Virus record (IMG/VR): IMGVR_UViG_3300043788_000060
Location: 46,257 to 110,256 of that record
Origin: a virus
Length of the DNA stretch: 64,000 nt
Direction: 5' to 3' (one strand)
The notes under the pieces are model-generated. The model was given only the letters and a program-made list of their open reading frames with translations. It did not search any database and was not told the DNA's origin. Each line of letters starts with the position of its first letter. The stretch's first letter is position 1. Below are positions 47,011 through 56,067 of the stretch, in pieces. The position numbers were made by a program, and so were the translations under genes.

Positions 47011-47189
47011 TGCTCCTCCTCCTCTTCGATATCTGCCCGCTCCTGAATAAACAAAGCGGCTCCGGCAGCTATCACTAATACCCCCGCGATCCAAGATTTC
47101 TGGACAACAGAGACCACCAACGCACCACCTAAAATCGAGGCGAGAATATCTCGTAATACGTGGCGCTCAACTCGGATGGTGTGTTTCAT
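47007..47189 (-). CDS. Small two-TM membrane protein
   Basis: Two hydrophobic helices and an acidic tail. Confidence 0.6.
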   Translation of the reverse strand: MKHTIRVERHVLRDILASILGGALVVSVVQKSWIAGVLVIAAGAALFIQERADIEEEEEQ

Positions 47190-47623
47190 ATTTTTACTCC
47201 TTGGTGCTTTTCCAGATAATCAGCAGCAGACCGCAGAATTTTGGGGTCATCCTGAAATTTTTGAAGACCCGCGTTGTGTGTATAGCACAAAAGGCCCCGG
47301 ACACTGGCTCGTTTGAGCCTGCTCTTCACTTCTTTCAATGCCGCTGACTTCGTCCGTTCAGTAGCGTAGAACTCCGTTCCGTTATATACAGCTACCGCTT
47401 GCCAGCAATCCGGATAGTTGGTCGATTCAATCTTAACTTTCTTCCAGCCATGGTCGTGATCCACGTGCAATCTCTTTGCTCCGGGAGGCCGGTGACAGAT
47501 GTAACACCCCCCTCGTCCCTCGCGCAACAAAACTTCGTATTCAGCCAGTGTGATGCCGTATTTGTTCCTGAGCCTCCGGTCGGTTTCTCTATCGAGTTGT
47601 TCCTGTGTCTTGGGTGTGGTCAT
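47186..47623 (-). CDS. Endonuclease VII-family nuclease
   Basis: KYGIT..Y..L....C.IC..LHVDHDH..VRGLLC..N.GL..F.DDP..L..A..YL. Confidence 0.85.
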   Translation of the reverse strand: MTTPKTQEQLDRETDRRLRNKYGITLAEYEVLLREGRGGCYICHRPPGAKRLHVDHDHGWKKVKIESTNYPDCWQAVAVYNGTEFYATERTKSAALKEVKSRLKRASVRGLLCYTHNAGLQKFQDDPKILRSAADYLEKHQGVKI

Positions 47624-47784
47624 AAAGAACCTTTACTGCATTTCCAAACCGCTGGACTCGGCGTACTCCAGACCTGCACGGTCTTTTTCCCGCACCCCGG
47701 ACACTCAGGCGGTTCGTCCATTTTTCGGACTAACCGGTCGAACTTGGTGTTGCAGTGGGCACATGAATACGAATAGACGGGCAT
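47620..47784 (-). CDS. FmdB-like zinc-ribbon protein (54 aa)
   Basis: MPVYSYSCAHCNTKFD..CPGCG. Confidence 0.75.
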   Translation of the reverse strand: MPVYSYSCAHCNTKFDRLVRKMDEPPECPGCGKKTVQVWSTPSPAVWKCSKGSL

Positions 47785-47786
47785 GG

Positions 47787-47996
47787 TTACTCGTTGATGA
47801 AAATCGTCCGGATTTCCGGGTCTTGACTGTCGTAATGATCGCCTTGGATATCGATGAAGTCGTCAATTTTTAGTTCTTGAGCCTTGGACACAGCCTCCTC
47901 CCAAGAGGACGCAGAGATATCTATTCCAATGTCGGCTCGGATTCGCCCAGTTACATTATAAGACTTTGTGCCTGTCGTTGCTTTCTTCGTCGCCAT
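47787..47996 (-). CDS. Hypothetical protein
   Basis: SD GAGGAG. Confidence 0.65.
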   Translation of the reverse strand: MATKKATTGTKSYNVTGRIRADIGIDISASSWEEAVSKAQELKIDDFIDIQGDHYDSQDPEIRTIFINE

Positions 47997-48004
47997 GTTT
48001 CTCC

Positions 48005-48370
48005 TCATTTGCAGAAAATCATTTGTCCGATTTCCGCAGTTCTTGTGAATGGTTTAAGCAAGTCCGGGGTCAGCTTGTCTTTCGATACAAACCATAGTGC
48101 CCCGTCAGTTTTGTCCGGCACTCTACCATCGAGCACCGATTCGATTTTTGAAATCAAGTTCTGAAATTGCGGGTCCCGGATATCAGGAAAATCGCCGTCT
48201 GGATTTTCATCAATGTAAGAGGCGGCTACTCGGTAGATATCTTGTTGTATAGCCCGAGCCCTGTTCATGAACGTCTGGCAGACCGCCAGCATCACCGAAT
48301 GAAGTTCGGTTCTGGCCGCCCTCCAGCAGGCCAAAGCGATGATCGAAGTGGTAAAGTCGTTAGGCGTCAT
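48005..48370 (-). CDS. SleB/Hydrolase_2-like cell-wall hydrolase homologue, catalytic Glu apparently absent
   Basis: ALACWRAARTE..MLAV....NR..D.TDGALWF..IG.MIF. Confidence 0.6.
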   Translation of the reverse strand: MTPNDFTTSIIALACWRAARTELHSVMLAVCQTFMNRARAIQQDIYRVAASYIDENPDGDFPDIRDPQFQNLISKIESVLDGRVPDKTDGALWFVSKDKLTPDLLKPFTRTAEIGQMIFCK

Positions 48371-48761
48371 GCGGCTCGCCCCCCGGGTCGTCAGAACTAT
48401 ACCCGTCCGGTTGGGGAATTGGATCGTTCTCCGATCTCATTTGCATCGGTTGATCCAATTTATGTGCCAGCCACGGAGGTAATGTAGATTTTTCCTCGGC
48501 ATCTTTGGGAAATTCGATTACCTTCTTCTGTACTGCTTCGTATCCGGGCGGTAGGAAGTATTGAGCGGCGTGCAACTGGCAGCAGAAGGCCATCTGGTTC
48601 CCGTTGATGTTGAGCAGTACCAAGTATTTTGATTCATCTGGGGCCTGCTGCCTGCCCGCCTCGACTTCGGTCATGTTCCACGAAACAACTGCCGGAACCC
48701 CTTGTGGGGTCTTACATCCGGAGTAATCGCAAGTAACCATTACTGATTTCGAAACGCCCAT
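48360..48761 (-). CDS. Hypothetical protein with Cys motifs
   Basis: SD GAGGT; CD..C, FCC. Confidence 0.7.
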   Translation of the reverse strand: MGVSKSVMVTCDYSGCKTPQGVPAVVSWNMTEVEAGRQQAPDESKYLVLLNINGNQMAFCCQLHAAQYFLPPGYEAVQKKVIEFPKDAEEKSTLPPWLAHKLDQPMQMRSENDPIPQPDGYSSDDPGGEPHDA

Positions 48762-49262
48762 TTACACCTCAAACTTTTGACGCAATTTCATTATACCACA
48801 CTTTTGTCTCCAGCGCACAGCATCAACCGAAATTCCTAATTTTTCTGCGGTTTTTGCTTGGGTGAGACCTTCGATGAATAAGCTCCGGATCACGGATTGT
48901 TCCTCCCCGGGCAACGAATCGATAGCCTGATATAATTCCGATTCCGAAACTTCGCCTTCGATTTCTGCTGCGATTCTTTCTAGATGCCGGGCCATCGACG
49001 GATCATCTGCTGACACCAGTTTGGGGGGTTTGCTGTACCCTGTCCACGGTCTCAGAATATTTCGAACCTGCTTTTGACAAATCTCCAGTGCTATGTCTTC
49101 GTGGTCGGGCCCAGTAAGTTTGTCCTGATTCTCAAGTAACGCCACATAACAATCTTGAGTCAGGTCTTCTTTCTGAGTTTTGTTGAGCCTGATTTTGCCC
49201 AGCCCTATTCTCGATGTGAGAGCGATTTTGATTACCGGTGCGTATTGAGTAACGTCTGCCAT
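48762..49262 (-). CDS. ECF/sigma70-like factor (regions 2 and 4)
   Basis: EDLTQDCYVALL; LYQAIDSLP.EEQSVI..LFIEGLTQAKTAEKLGISVDAV. Confidence 0.75.
   Translation of the reverse strand: MADVTQYAPVIKIALTSRIGLGKIRLNKTQKEDLTQDCYVALLENQDKLTGPDHEDIALEICQKQVRNILRPWTGYSKPPKLVSADDPSMARHLERIAAEIEGEVSESELYQAIDSLPGEEQSVIRSLFIEGLTQAKTAEKLGISVDAVRWRQKCGIMKLRQKFEV
48790..48800 (-). promoter_or_regulatory. Extended -10 promoter candidate
   Basis: TGTGGTATAAT, 29 nt upstream of the ATG at 48761. Confidence 0.5.
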
Positions 49263-49270
49263 TTTGTCCT

Positions 49271-49645
49271 TTAGGACTTGATTTTTGCTGTGTGCCAACG
49301 CCGATTCCCATGAGCAGAATCCGGACTTCCTGTGTGGCATTGGTGGCACAACGCCTCACAATTTTTCATCGAAACTTCGCCTCCACTGCCTTTGGGAATT
49401 GTTTCGTGCATCTCGAACGTTTCCCACCGAATATTTCTACCGCATCTCTCGCATTCACTGGTTTCTCCGCCTGCGGGGGAATCTCCGGTTGCCCTAGCGA
49501 AAACCTGAGCCCGGATTGCCCCTACCGCGTGTGCTCTGTCCATTATTCGGACTTCGTCTACGGGCAGGTCTCGCCAACTGCGGTCTCGGAAAATCCGGAT
49601 TGGCAGGCCATTCAATCCGATTTGGACGTGGACTTGCTTAGACAT
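49271..49645 (-). CDS. HNH endonuclease
   Basis: CERCG..EMHE.IPKGSGG..NCEALC..CH. Confidence 0.75.
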   Translation of the reverse strand: MSKQVHVQIGLNGLPIRIFRDRSWRDLPVDEVRIMDRAHAVGAIRAQVFARATGDSPAGGETSECERCGRNIRWETFEMHETIPKGSGGEVSMKNCEALCHQCHTGSPDSAHGNRRWHTAKIKS

Positions 49646-50124
49646 TAGAGAGAAACCACCCTAGATAGCATAATAAGGGATTCCAAAGCCGAGTTATGAT
49701 GAATGAATACTCCTCCCATTTCTTCCCACAGATGTTTATACTTAAGATAATCATCAATGAGGATATCTCCGGGTTTGGCATGGTCTCTTTTGTTCTTGGA
49801 CAGAGTCGTAATCATTGGGACTCCGGGAAAGTTTTTGTTTCTCCACCTAAGTTTTTGTTCTTGGGCCCAACCTCCTTGGGGACACCCCGTTATGATGATT
49901 GGGTTCAAATGCCGAGTCGCCTCATAAAGTGCAGAAGCGTCTTCCATAACAGGTAGATTCTCATAGAATTTAGGGTGGGCGTGCAATGTTGCCCAGAATT
50001 TTTCTGTCCCGTGCTCATTCTCATATTTTCTGGGATGACAACCAAAAACAGTCTCCGCCCCTCTATCGAAATCTGCTAGGACGCCGTCGCAATCCAAAAA
50101 TAGTTGTGGCGGTCTAATTCGCAT
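49645..50124 (-). CDS. 5'(3')-deoxyribonucleotidase-like HAD phosphatase
   Basis: FLDCDGVLADF, IITG, QK..W, ILIDD...WE..GG.FI.H. Confidence 0.85.
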   Translation of the reverse strand: MRIRPPQLFLDCDGVLADFDRGAETVFGCHPRKYENEHGTEKFWATLHAHPKFYENLPVMEDASALYEATRHLNPIIITGCPQGGWAQEQKLRWRNKNFPGVPMITTLSKNKRDHAKPGDILIDDYLKYKHLWEEMGGVFIHHNSALESLIMLSRVVSL

Positions 50125-50824
50125 TTGCACTCCATTCTCCAAGACATTCTCTCACCCCATCCATAAACACTACCTTCTTCCACTTCCAGTCGTCGGTTTC
50201 GTCTTGCGGATGCAGGAGTTTCTTGCCTAGTTCCCAAAACTGGTTGATTTCTTTTCGCTCGTCGGGCGTAGCATAAAACCCGCCGAGGTCTAACCACAAC
50301 CCTTGTACGTCTTCCTTGACATGAAGGACCTCGTTGACCTTAACCCGGAGTTGTTTGGCGGTTACCTTCGGGTCGGCAGCATAGTCCATTATTCGGACGA
50401 GCGGCCTGCTCGCGTCTCCTTCTTCGAACTCAATTCTTGGGTCCGGAAATCCGGCTTGTAGATTTCCGCCTTGAGCCACTAGCCTCCGCAATTCGTGCGC
50501 CTTGGTAATCCCGATTGTTTCTAGTTGTTCTTCGGTCATTACAGGAAGCAGGGCTTCAGCCACTTGTAAGATCGCATAGACCTGACTGCGCTCCCTGCCT
50601 ATTCTTGACCGAATAGATTCCAGATACGACGAGAACCGCTCGAACCCATAGCTCATCCAGTATTGCTGATTCTTGACTTCTCGGAGTTTGCTGCCCAGTC
50701 TTGCGTAACTTTTTGCTAGGCGGAGTTCGTGAGTTGAAATCTGGCCGACAAGCTGGTCGATTTCTGCTGCAACTTGGATCGCTGCTTCTTTATTTAGGGG
50801 TTCGAGGATGGCGATTTCGGTCAT
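50114..50824 (-). CDS. Hypothetical helical protein, possibly DNA-binding
   Basis: LG..L.EVK....W..YGF..F..YL pattern. Confidence 0.65.
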   Translation of the reverse strand: MTEIAILEPLNKEAAIQVAAEIDQLVGQISTHELRLAKSYARLGSKLREVKNQQYWMSYGFERFSSYLESIRSRIGRERSQVYAILQVAEALLPVMTEEQLETIGITKAHELRRLVAQGGNLQAGFPDPRIEFEEGDASRPLVRIMDYAADPKVTAKQLRVKVNEVLHVKEDVQGLWLDLGGFYATPDERKEINQFWELGKKLLHPQDETDDWKWKKVVFMDGVRECLGEWSANAN

Positions 50825-51876
50825 TTCTTTCCCCCGGGCATAGTCAGCACCACCACGTTGTCCGATTCCAGCCTCACCGGCATATCGATAATTCCCAGAG
50901 TTGCCTCGGCTCCGGCCTTGCTCAGAAATCCGGACAGATATTTTGCTGACAGTCTCAAATCAAATTCCTTTGGATCGAAAATCGGATCGGGGTCTAGCTG
51001 CTCGTACCCGGCTTCGTCTGACGCCGTGTTTCCAATTCCAACGTTAAGAAATTGTACCACATCCGAGCTAAAATGTAAAGCGATTTGACCGTTGTCCTTT
51101 TCTTCGTCGATCAGCGGCTCCACGGTTTTGATCGCAGTCAGCCAGTCTGCCGGTTTGAAACTGAGTTTGATCGTCGGCTTTTTGACCAGTAGTACATCGA
51201 AATTTGGATAAGCCTGCACTGGTTTCGATGCGTAGACCGTCACGTTTTCGGACTGAAGTTGTAGATGGGTGTCCGATTCCCCGATCCGCAGAGTCTTTCC
51301 GTCCATTATCTGGACAACCGAGGCGGCGGTCAGGTTGAGCAGCCATTTGAATTGATCAGGCAGCGGCTGAGAAACAGTGACTACCGTTAGCACGATTGAA
51401 TCGGTTCCTACAATTCGGTATCCCGGAGAGTGCGTGTCTTCGATACCCAACGACAGGTTTTGAATCTGAACCGAGCCCCCGAACGAAGCAGATTTTGCTG
51501 GAGAGGCTGAAGCGGCTGCTAAAGCCAACGCTTTTTTGAACTCAGGCAGGTCGAAGCTAACAACGTTGTCCGTGAGCTTCGGCAGGGTAACCGATTTTAC
51601 CGGCTGAATTTCTAATTCGATGCGGGCCTTGGCAGACTTCAAGACCAGCGATTTTTCCGCCCGTTCAATTTCGATCTGCCCGCCCATCCGGTTTACGACC
51701 GAAGTCAGCTTCTTGCTGTTCGCATTAAACGCGCCGTCAAACGCGGGCCCGGGGGCCGATACAGCGGCGTCCGAATCTTGCGCAACAATTGTTCCTCCGT
51801 CAAACCGGAATATCTCGGTCTTGACCGGCTGTAGCCGCTTGAGCGCGTGTTTGAGTTCAGATGCTTGGACTATCAT
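50821..51876 (-). CDS. dnaN: DNA polymerase III beta-type sliding clamp
   Basis: 351 aa; VGTDS..L, YPNF..LL, L.AKYL..FL, VLTMP at the C-terminus. Confidence 0.75.
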   Translation of the reverse strand: MIVQASELKHALKRLQPVKTEIFRFDGGTIVAQDSDAAVSAPGPAFDGAFNANSKKLTSVVNRMGGQIEIERAEKSLVLKSAKARIELEIQPVKSVTLPKLTDNVVSFDLPEFKKALALAAASASPAKSASFGGSVQIQNLSLGIEDTHSPGYRIVGTDSIVLTVVTVSQPLPDQFKWLLNLTAASVVQIMDGKTLRIGESDTHLQLQSENVTVYASKPVQAYPNFDVLLVKKPTIKLSFKPADWLTAIKTVEPLIDEEKDNGQIALHFSSDVVQFLNVGIGNTASDEAGYEQLDPDPIFDPKEFDLRLSAKYLSGFLSKAGAEATLGIIDMPVRLESDNVVVLTMPGGKK

Positions 51877-52516
51877 TGTTTCCTTTCACGCAAACGCAGG
51901 GATCATATCCGCAGTGTTCGCAAAGTTGTAAAGTCAATAGCATCTCCGTTCGGTGTTTTCGCAGAAAATCACAGAGTTGAAGTTTGCCGATGTGGAAAGC
52001 GATGTGACCAAGTTTAGAAATCAAGAGTTTGTATTCATTTTCTTTACCCAGCGGACTCAGTCGCTTCTCCTTAGCTGCCCATTCCTCGTCTTTCCATCCG
52101 GTTATCTTTTTGGAGATTCGTATTTGTGTAGGATGAGCAACCAAAAGCCCCCATGAATTATGATAATTCCAATGTAAAGGGGTCCATCGATCCTTGGGTC
52201 CTTCTAAAACCCTTTTTGCATCTTCTTCTAACTCCTTTGGGACTAGATACCACCGATAATTACCCATTCCCAAGTCCGGATAGAGTCTCCACGGCTTCTT
52301 GAAATCTGCTTTAAGGTTCTCAATAGATGCTTTACATTCAACCAAAATGCTGATGCCGTTGTGCCATCCAATAGCGTCCGGCATTTCCCCGACGCCCCCA
52401 CCGCCCTGCTCCGATAAAACGATCTGGCAATCCTGAGATTCGGAGAGCCACCAGACGGCTCGACGAACTAAATCATCATGAGTCATTGGTTTGGGTTCGC
52501 TTGCCGGGGTGATCAT
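51857..52516 (-). CDS. PD-(D/E)XK-like nuclease-fold protein
   Basis: EMPDAIGW..SILVECKAS. Confidence 0.6.
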   Translation of the reverse strand: MITPASEPKPMTHDDLVRRAVWWLSESQDCQIVLSEQGGGGVGEMPDAIGWHNGISILVECKASIENLKADFKKPWRLYPDLGMGNYRWYLVPKELEEDAKRVLEGPKDRWTPLHWNYHNSWGLLVAHPTQIRISKKITGWKDEEWAAKEKRLSPLGKENEYKLLISKLGHIAFHIGKLQLCDFLRKHRTEMLLTLQLCEHCGYDPCVCVKGNNDSPSI

Positions 52517-52770
52517 CAGTTTGCCTTCCGTGCGCAGAACTGCGGTACCGTTTCCCTATCCACGTCGTAAACGCCGATCTCAGAGCCATCTTCTCTCTGA
52601 ATTATCAAAGTAATCGGCCAGAGGGCTTCGAACCCTTCGTGCTTGTTGTGATAATTTTCAGCAGCGGCTTCTGCCAACCAGTCCCCATCTGTCTCATCGA
52701 AATTCGATTTGAATTCGTTGTAATCTTCCGGCCCCATTGTTTCAGGACGATTGTAGCGATATGTTTTCAC
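52516..52770 (-). CDS. Hypothetical acidic protein
   Basis: GTG start after SD GAGGAGG. Confidence 0.6.
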   Translation of the reverse strand: MKTYRYNRPETMGPEDYNEFKSNFDETDGDWLAEAAAENYHNKHEGFEALWPITLIIQREDGSEIGVYDVDRETVPQFCARKAN

Positions 52771-54691
52771 CCGGTGCCTCCTCGTAGTTGGATTCCAATT
52801 GCTCGAACGAAGCGAACTCCCCAAAACAGGTGATGTAAGTAGCAGACGCCCCGGTACCCATCGACCGGCCCTTCAGAAGTTTCACCAGTGTTTTGTCTTC
52901 GTACACACCTTTGGACAGTGTGGGGTCCTCTGATTTATTCAGATCACGATGTAGGACAATTGCAGCGTTTGCCGCGTCTCCCCACGCTCCCGAACCCTTG
53001 AAATCCGAGATGTGGAGGTGCTTTCCTTTGGTCTGCTGGGTAGCCTTTCTCGGTTGGCCCACATTGATGAAAATCACTTTGTAGACCTGAGCTATTTGTT
53101 TGATCCGGGTCATAGCCGTCTGCTGAATCTTGGTTTCGTTGTCCATTCCGGTAGTGAGATGGTGGAAGTGGTCAAGAATTACAATATCGGCCCCCAATCT
53201 GCGGACAGCCGCTTCAATTACATCCAGAACCTCGTTGATGTCCGTCAGCAGGGGGTTGTTGCCCACATAGTAATTCACCCCGTCCAGTTCGCTTGCCGCC
53301 AGTTTCCGGTCTTCAGCGGTCAGGAAGTTCCGATCTCTTCGCAGGGCCTGAGCCGCAATCATTGTGGCAATTTCGGAAGGTCGCATCTCGACTTGATAAT
53401 TCAACACTGTCTTCCCGTATTTCCGGGCATTAAACAGCGATAGCTGAACCGTCCACATAGTTTTGCCCATACCGGTGTTGGTAGAACCCACTCCAAGCAC
53501 ATCTTCTGGTAAGACGTTAACCATTTTGTCAGCCGACGGCCAAGGGAATCTGAGCCTGTCGGGGTGCTCTGAAAGCACCGGTACGTCCCCATTTTCAAGA
53601 ACACTCTGAATGGAATACACATCCGGCATGGGTTGGAGTTTAGCTTTGCTGGTTAGCTCATTAACCAACGCCCGAAACTTATCTAAATCCCTTGAGCAGT
53701 GCTCCAAGAAGGTTTGATTCCCATCCTTCATCAAAGAGGGCCAAAATAGCAGGTAAGTCCTTTCCGACAACTCTTTCCAAAGTTTGGACATATACCCCGC
53801 ACCGGTCGAGTCCGTGTCGCCAGCTAGAATCACTTCGCTGGCCTGCATCAGTTTGTCTTTCATTTCGGGGGTCAGCTTGGTGCCTCCCGAGGGCACACTG
53901 ACGGCCCGAAAACCAGCAGCCTCTAGGATACATGCGTCGAATTCTCCTTCTGTGAGATACACCGGGGAAAATGGATCGATGGTTTCGGTGTTGAACATCG
54001 CGGTTGCCATGCCGGGCTGTCTGGCGAACCCTCCGGGTTTTTTCCGAATAATGGACCGGTATTTGACACTGATAATTTTGTCTCCTTCGATGCAAGGAAA
54101 AGCAATCCAGCCTTTGTCGGCAATATCGGCTCCGGCTTCCCCGGCAAGGTTGCCTAAGTTCTGGACAAATCCTAGCTTCAACTGTCGCGCAGTTTTTAGC
54201 TCGATTCCCCGTTCCTGCTGAAGCCACTCTATTGCCCGGGGCGTTAAAGCTAACCCAATCTCTAATTTTTCCCAAGCAGACAGGGGAATGGTCTTGTATG
54301 TTTTCGGTTCGGTTACCGGCTTAAAAACCGATTCGACTTTTTCCTTGGCCTCGCCCCATGATCCGAGTTCTTTCTTCACTTTCTCGACCGCCGTTTTGAA
54401 ATCGCAGGAGTCCATTATCTGGACAAGCTGAAAAATGTTTCCCGCTTCTCCGCAACCAAAGCACTGGTAACGCATGTCGGGATAAATTGTAAAGCTGGGA
54501 GTTTTCTCCTGATGCAGGCAGCAACATCCGGAATACTTATCCCCAACTTTCTTGAGCCGGAGATATTGGCTGTAGACCCGCAAGCATCCGATATCCGATT
54601 TGATTTGATCTAAATCTTCCACATTAAGTCCAGTCCGAATATCCCAAAATGTTGATTCGCCTGATTTGATGTTCCCAGTCTTCGGTTTCAT
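52742..54691 (-). CDS. Bifunctional DNA primase-helicase (CHC2 zinc finger, TOPRIM, SF4 helicase)
   Basis: C.LH.EKTPSF..CFGC; TEGEFDA; DTD..G; TGMGKT; ILDH; FKGSG. The true start may be near 54622. Confidence 0.9.
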   Translation of the reverse strand: MKPKTGNIKSGESTFWDIRTGLNVEDLDQIKSDIGCLRVYSQYLRLKKVGDKYSGCCCLHQEKTPSFTIYPDMRYQCFGCGEAGNIFQLVQIMDSCDFKTAVEKVKKELGSWGEAKEKVESVFKPVTEPKTYKTIPLSAWEKLEIGLALTPRAIEWLQQERGIELKTARQLKLGFVQNLGNLAGEAGADIADKGWIAFPCIEGDKIISVKYRSIIRKKPGGFARQPGMATAMFNTETIDPFSPVYLTEGEFDACILEAAGFRAVSVPSGGTKLTPEMKDKLMQASEVILAGDTDSTGAGYMSKLWKELSERTYLLFWPSLMKDGNQTFLEHCSRDLDKFRALVNELTSKAKLQPMPDVYSIQSVLENGDVPVLSEHPDRLRFPWPSADKMVNVLPEDVLGVGSTNTGMGKTMWTVQLSLFNARKYGKTVLNYQVEMRPSEIATMIAAQALRRDRNFLTAEDRKLAASELDGVNYYVGNNPLLTDINEVLDVIEAAVRRLGADIVILDHFHHLTTGMDNETKIQQTAMTRIKQIAQVYKVIFINVGQPRKATQQTKGKHLHISDFKGSGAWGDAANAAIVLHRDLNKSEDPTLSKGVYEDKTLVKLLKGRSMGTGASATYITCFGEFASFEQLESNYEEAPGENISLQSS

Positions 54692-54845
54692 CGAAGAAAT
54701 CGCAGATGATTTTGGACGCCTTGTCTATTGCTTCTCCAGCCTGAAAGTTTTCGCCGAACTGCTGGCCATGTCTTTCAAGATATACCCCTGCATAAGCCAC
54801 CTCTGGGGTAACGGGATTGATTTTAGCCCATTCTGGAAAGTTCAT
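54624..54845 (-). CDS. Hypothetical protein
   Basis: Coupled ORF. Confidence 0.6.
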   Translation of the reverse strand: MNFPEWAKINPVTPEVAYAGVYLERHGQQFGENFQAGEAIDKASKIICDFFDETEDWEHQIRRINILGYSDWT

Positions 54846-55015
54846 TCGTCATCCCTCGAATAGCCCGCGTCTGACGCCCAGTCTGATAAGGCTTCGTCGT
54901 CAAACACATCTTCAGGCGCAAGATTGGCACCGATCCATTCGACCATGTCTTCCAAAAGATTATGTGGAACGGTTTCAGAGATGAATCGGGCGTTGAGATT
55001 AACTGGTAAGCTCAT
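54842..55015 (-). CDS. Hypothetical acidic protein (57 aa)
   Basis: SD AAGGAG; ATGA coupling at both ends. Confidence 0.6.
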   Translation of the reverse strand: MSLPVNLNARFISETVPHNLLEDMVEWIGANLAPEDVFDDEALSDWASDAGYSRDDE

Positions 55016-55275
55016 GGTTTCTCCTTTATTTCTTCTAACTTTTGAAGAATCTTGTTTGTGCAGAATCCTATTAGTTGCATGAGGTCTCTGTCCCCATATT
55101 GTTCCGGATATTCTACGGAATTTCCAATGAATGATTCAGCGCATAATTCACACAATCTTTTTGGTTGTTTTCTTCCGCTGAACGGGTTCGCTTGGTAGGT
55201 TTCAAGGATTAAACCCGGGAACCGGCATCCATCGCATTCTTCTGGTTCTTCGTTATTTAGAATAGGTTCGCTCAC
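55012..55275 (-). CDS. Hypothetical zinc-finger protein
   Basis: CDGC..CELC. Confidence 0.65.
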   Translation of the reverse strand: MSEPILNNEEPEECDGCRFPGLILETYQANPFSGRKQPKRLCELCAESFIGNSVEYPEQYGDRDLMQLIGFCTNKILQKLEEIKEKP

Positions 55276-55760
55276 TTGCTACCCACCGTCTGGGAGCGGG
55301 CGGCGAGGGCATTCTTCGCGTTCATCCACGCATCGCCGGGGGTTTTTCCTGCGGCCAATGTCTGAGCCCATTCGATGCAACTAGCGCGGATAACGTAGTA
55401 ATCGGGATACGTCGCCTCAGCCATCGGTGCAGCGTGTGCCCCCGGATACATCTCTTTAACGGCACGTTCGGCTTCCACCGGCTGCTTGAGCTTCGTATTC
55501 TCAGCCCGCAGTTGTGCGTTCTCCTGCTGCAAGGCTTCCAGCGTGGCCTCGGCCAGCTTTGCCTCTTTGCGTAGATCAGTCTCCAGTTGCCGTGCGCGGT
55601 CGAGTTCTTCCTCCCTCATCGACACGCGCAAGATCAGAGCGTACTTCTCGTCCGGCAGCTTCTTGCCTTCCATGTAGGGCCGCGCCATCGGGATGAGGTC
55701 GCGGGGTATTTGGGGCACCTTCGGGTTATCGGTCACTGGTTTGCTCCTTCGTCTCGACAA
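55272..55760 (-). CDS. Hypothetical coiled-coil protein
   Basis: ORF; start uncertain. Confidence 0.6.
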   Translation of the reverse strand: MSRRRSKPVTDNPKVPQIPRDLIPMARPYMEGKKLPDEKYALILRVSMREEELDRARQLETDLRKEAKLAEATLEALQQENAQLRAENTKLKQPVEAERAVKEMYPGAHAAPMAEATYPDYYVIRASCIEWAQTLAAGKTPGDAWMNAKNALAARSQTVGSK

Positions 55761-56067
55761 TGCTTTCCAGCCTTTTCAGCTTCGCCATGAGTTCCTGCCA
55801 CTCGCGCTTGGTGACTGGGTGCATGTCGTCCACGCATTTGTCGGGCGGCGGCGAAGAGCATTCAGCGGTGCAGACCTGGCTCGATAGGTCACAATGCGAA
55901 GGGCCGCACTGACCGGGCCAGTGATCGACGTGCTGATACTTCCCGCACTTGAGCACGGGCGGAGACTGCGCTTGGGTTTGAGCGTTCTGAACAAAAGTTG
56001 GCTGGACCCACGGCTGCTGCGCCCCGCACGCCGCCGCAAAGATCAGGATTCCGATGATTGCCTTCAT
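55726..56067 (-). CDS. Exported Cys-rich small protein
   Basis: SD AAGGAG; MKAIIGILIFAAACGA-Q; six further Cys. Confidence 0.65.
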   Translation of the reverse strand: MKAIIGILIFAAACGAQQPWVQPTFVQNAQTQAQSPPVLKCGKYQHVDHWPGQCGPSHCDLSSQVCTAECSSPPPDKCVDDMHPVTKREWQELMAKLKRLESIVETKEQTSDR

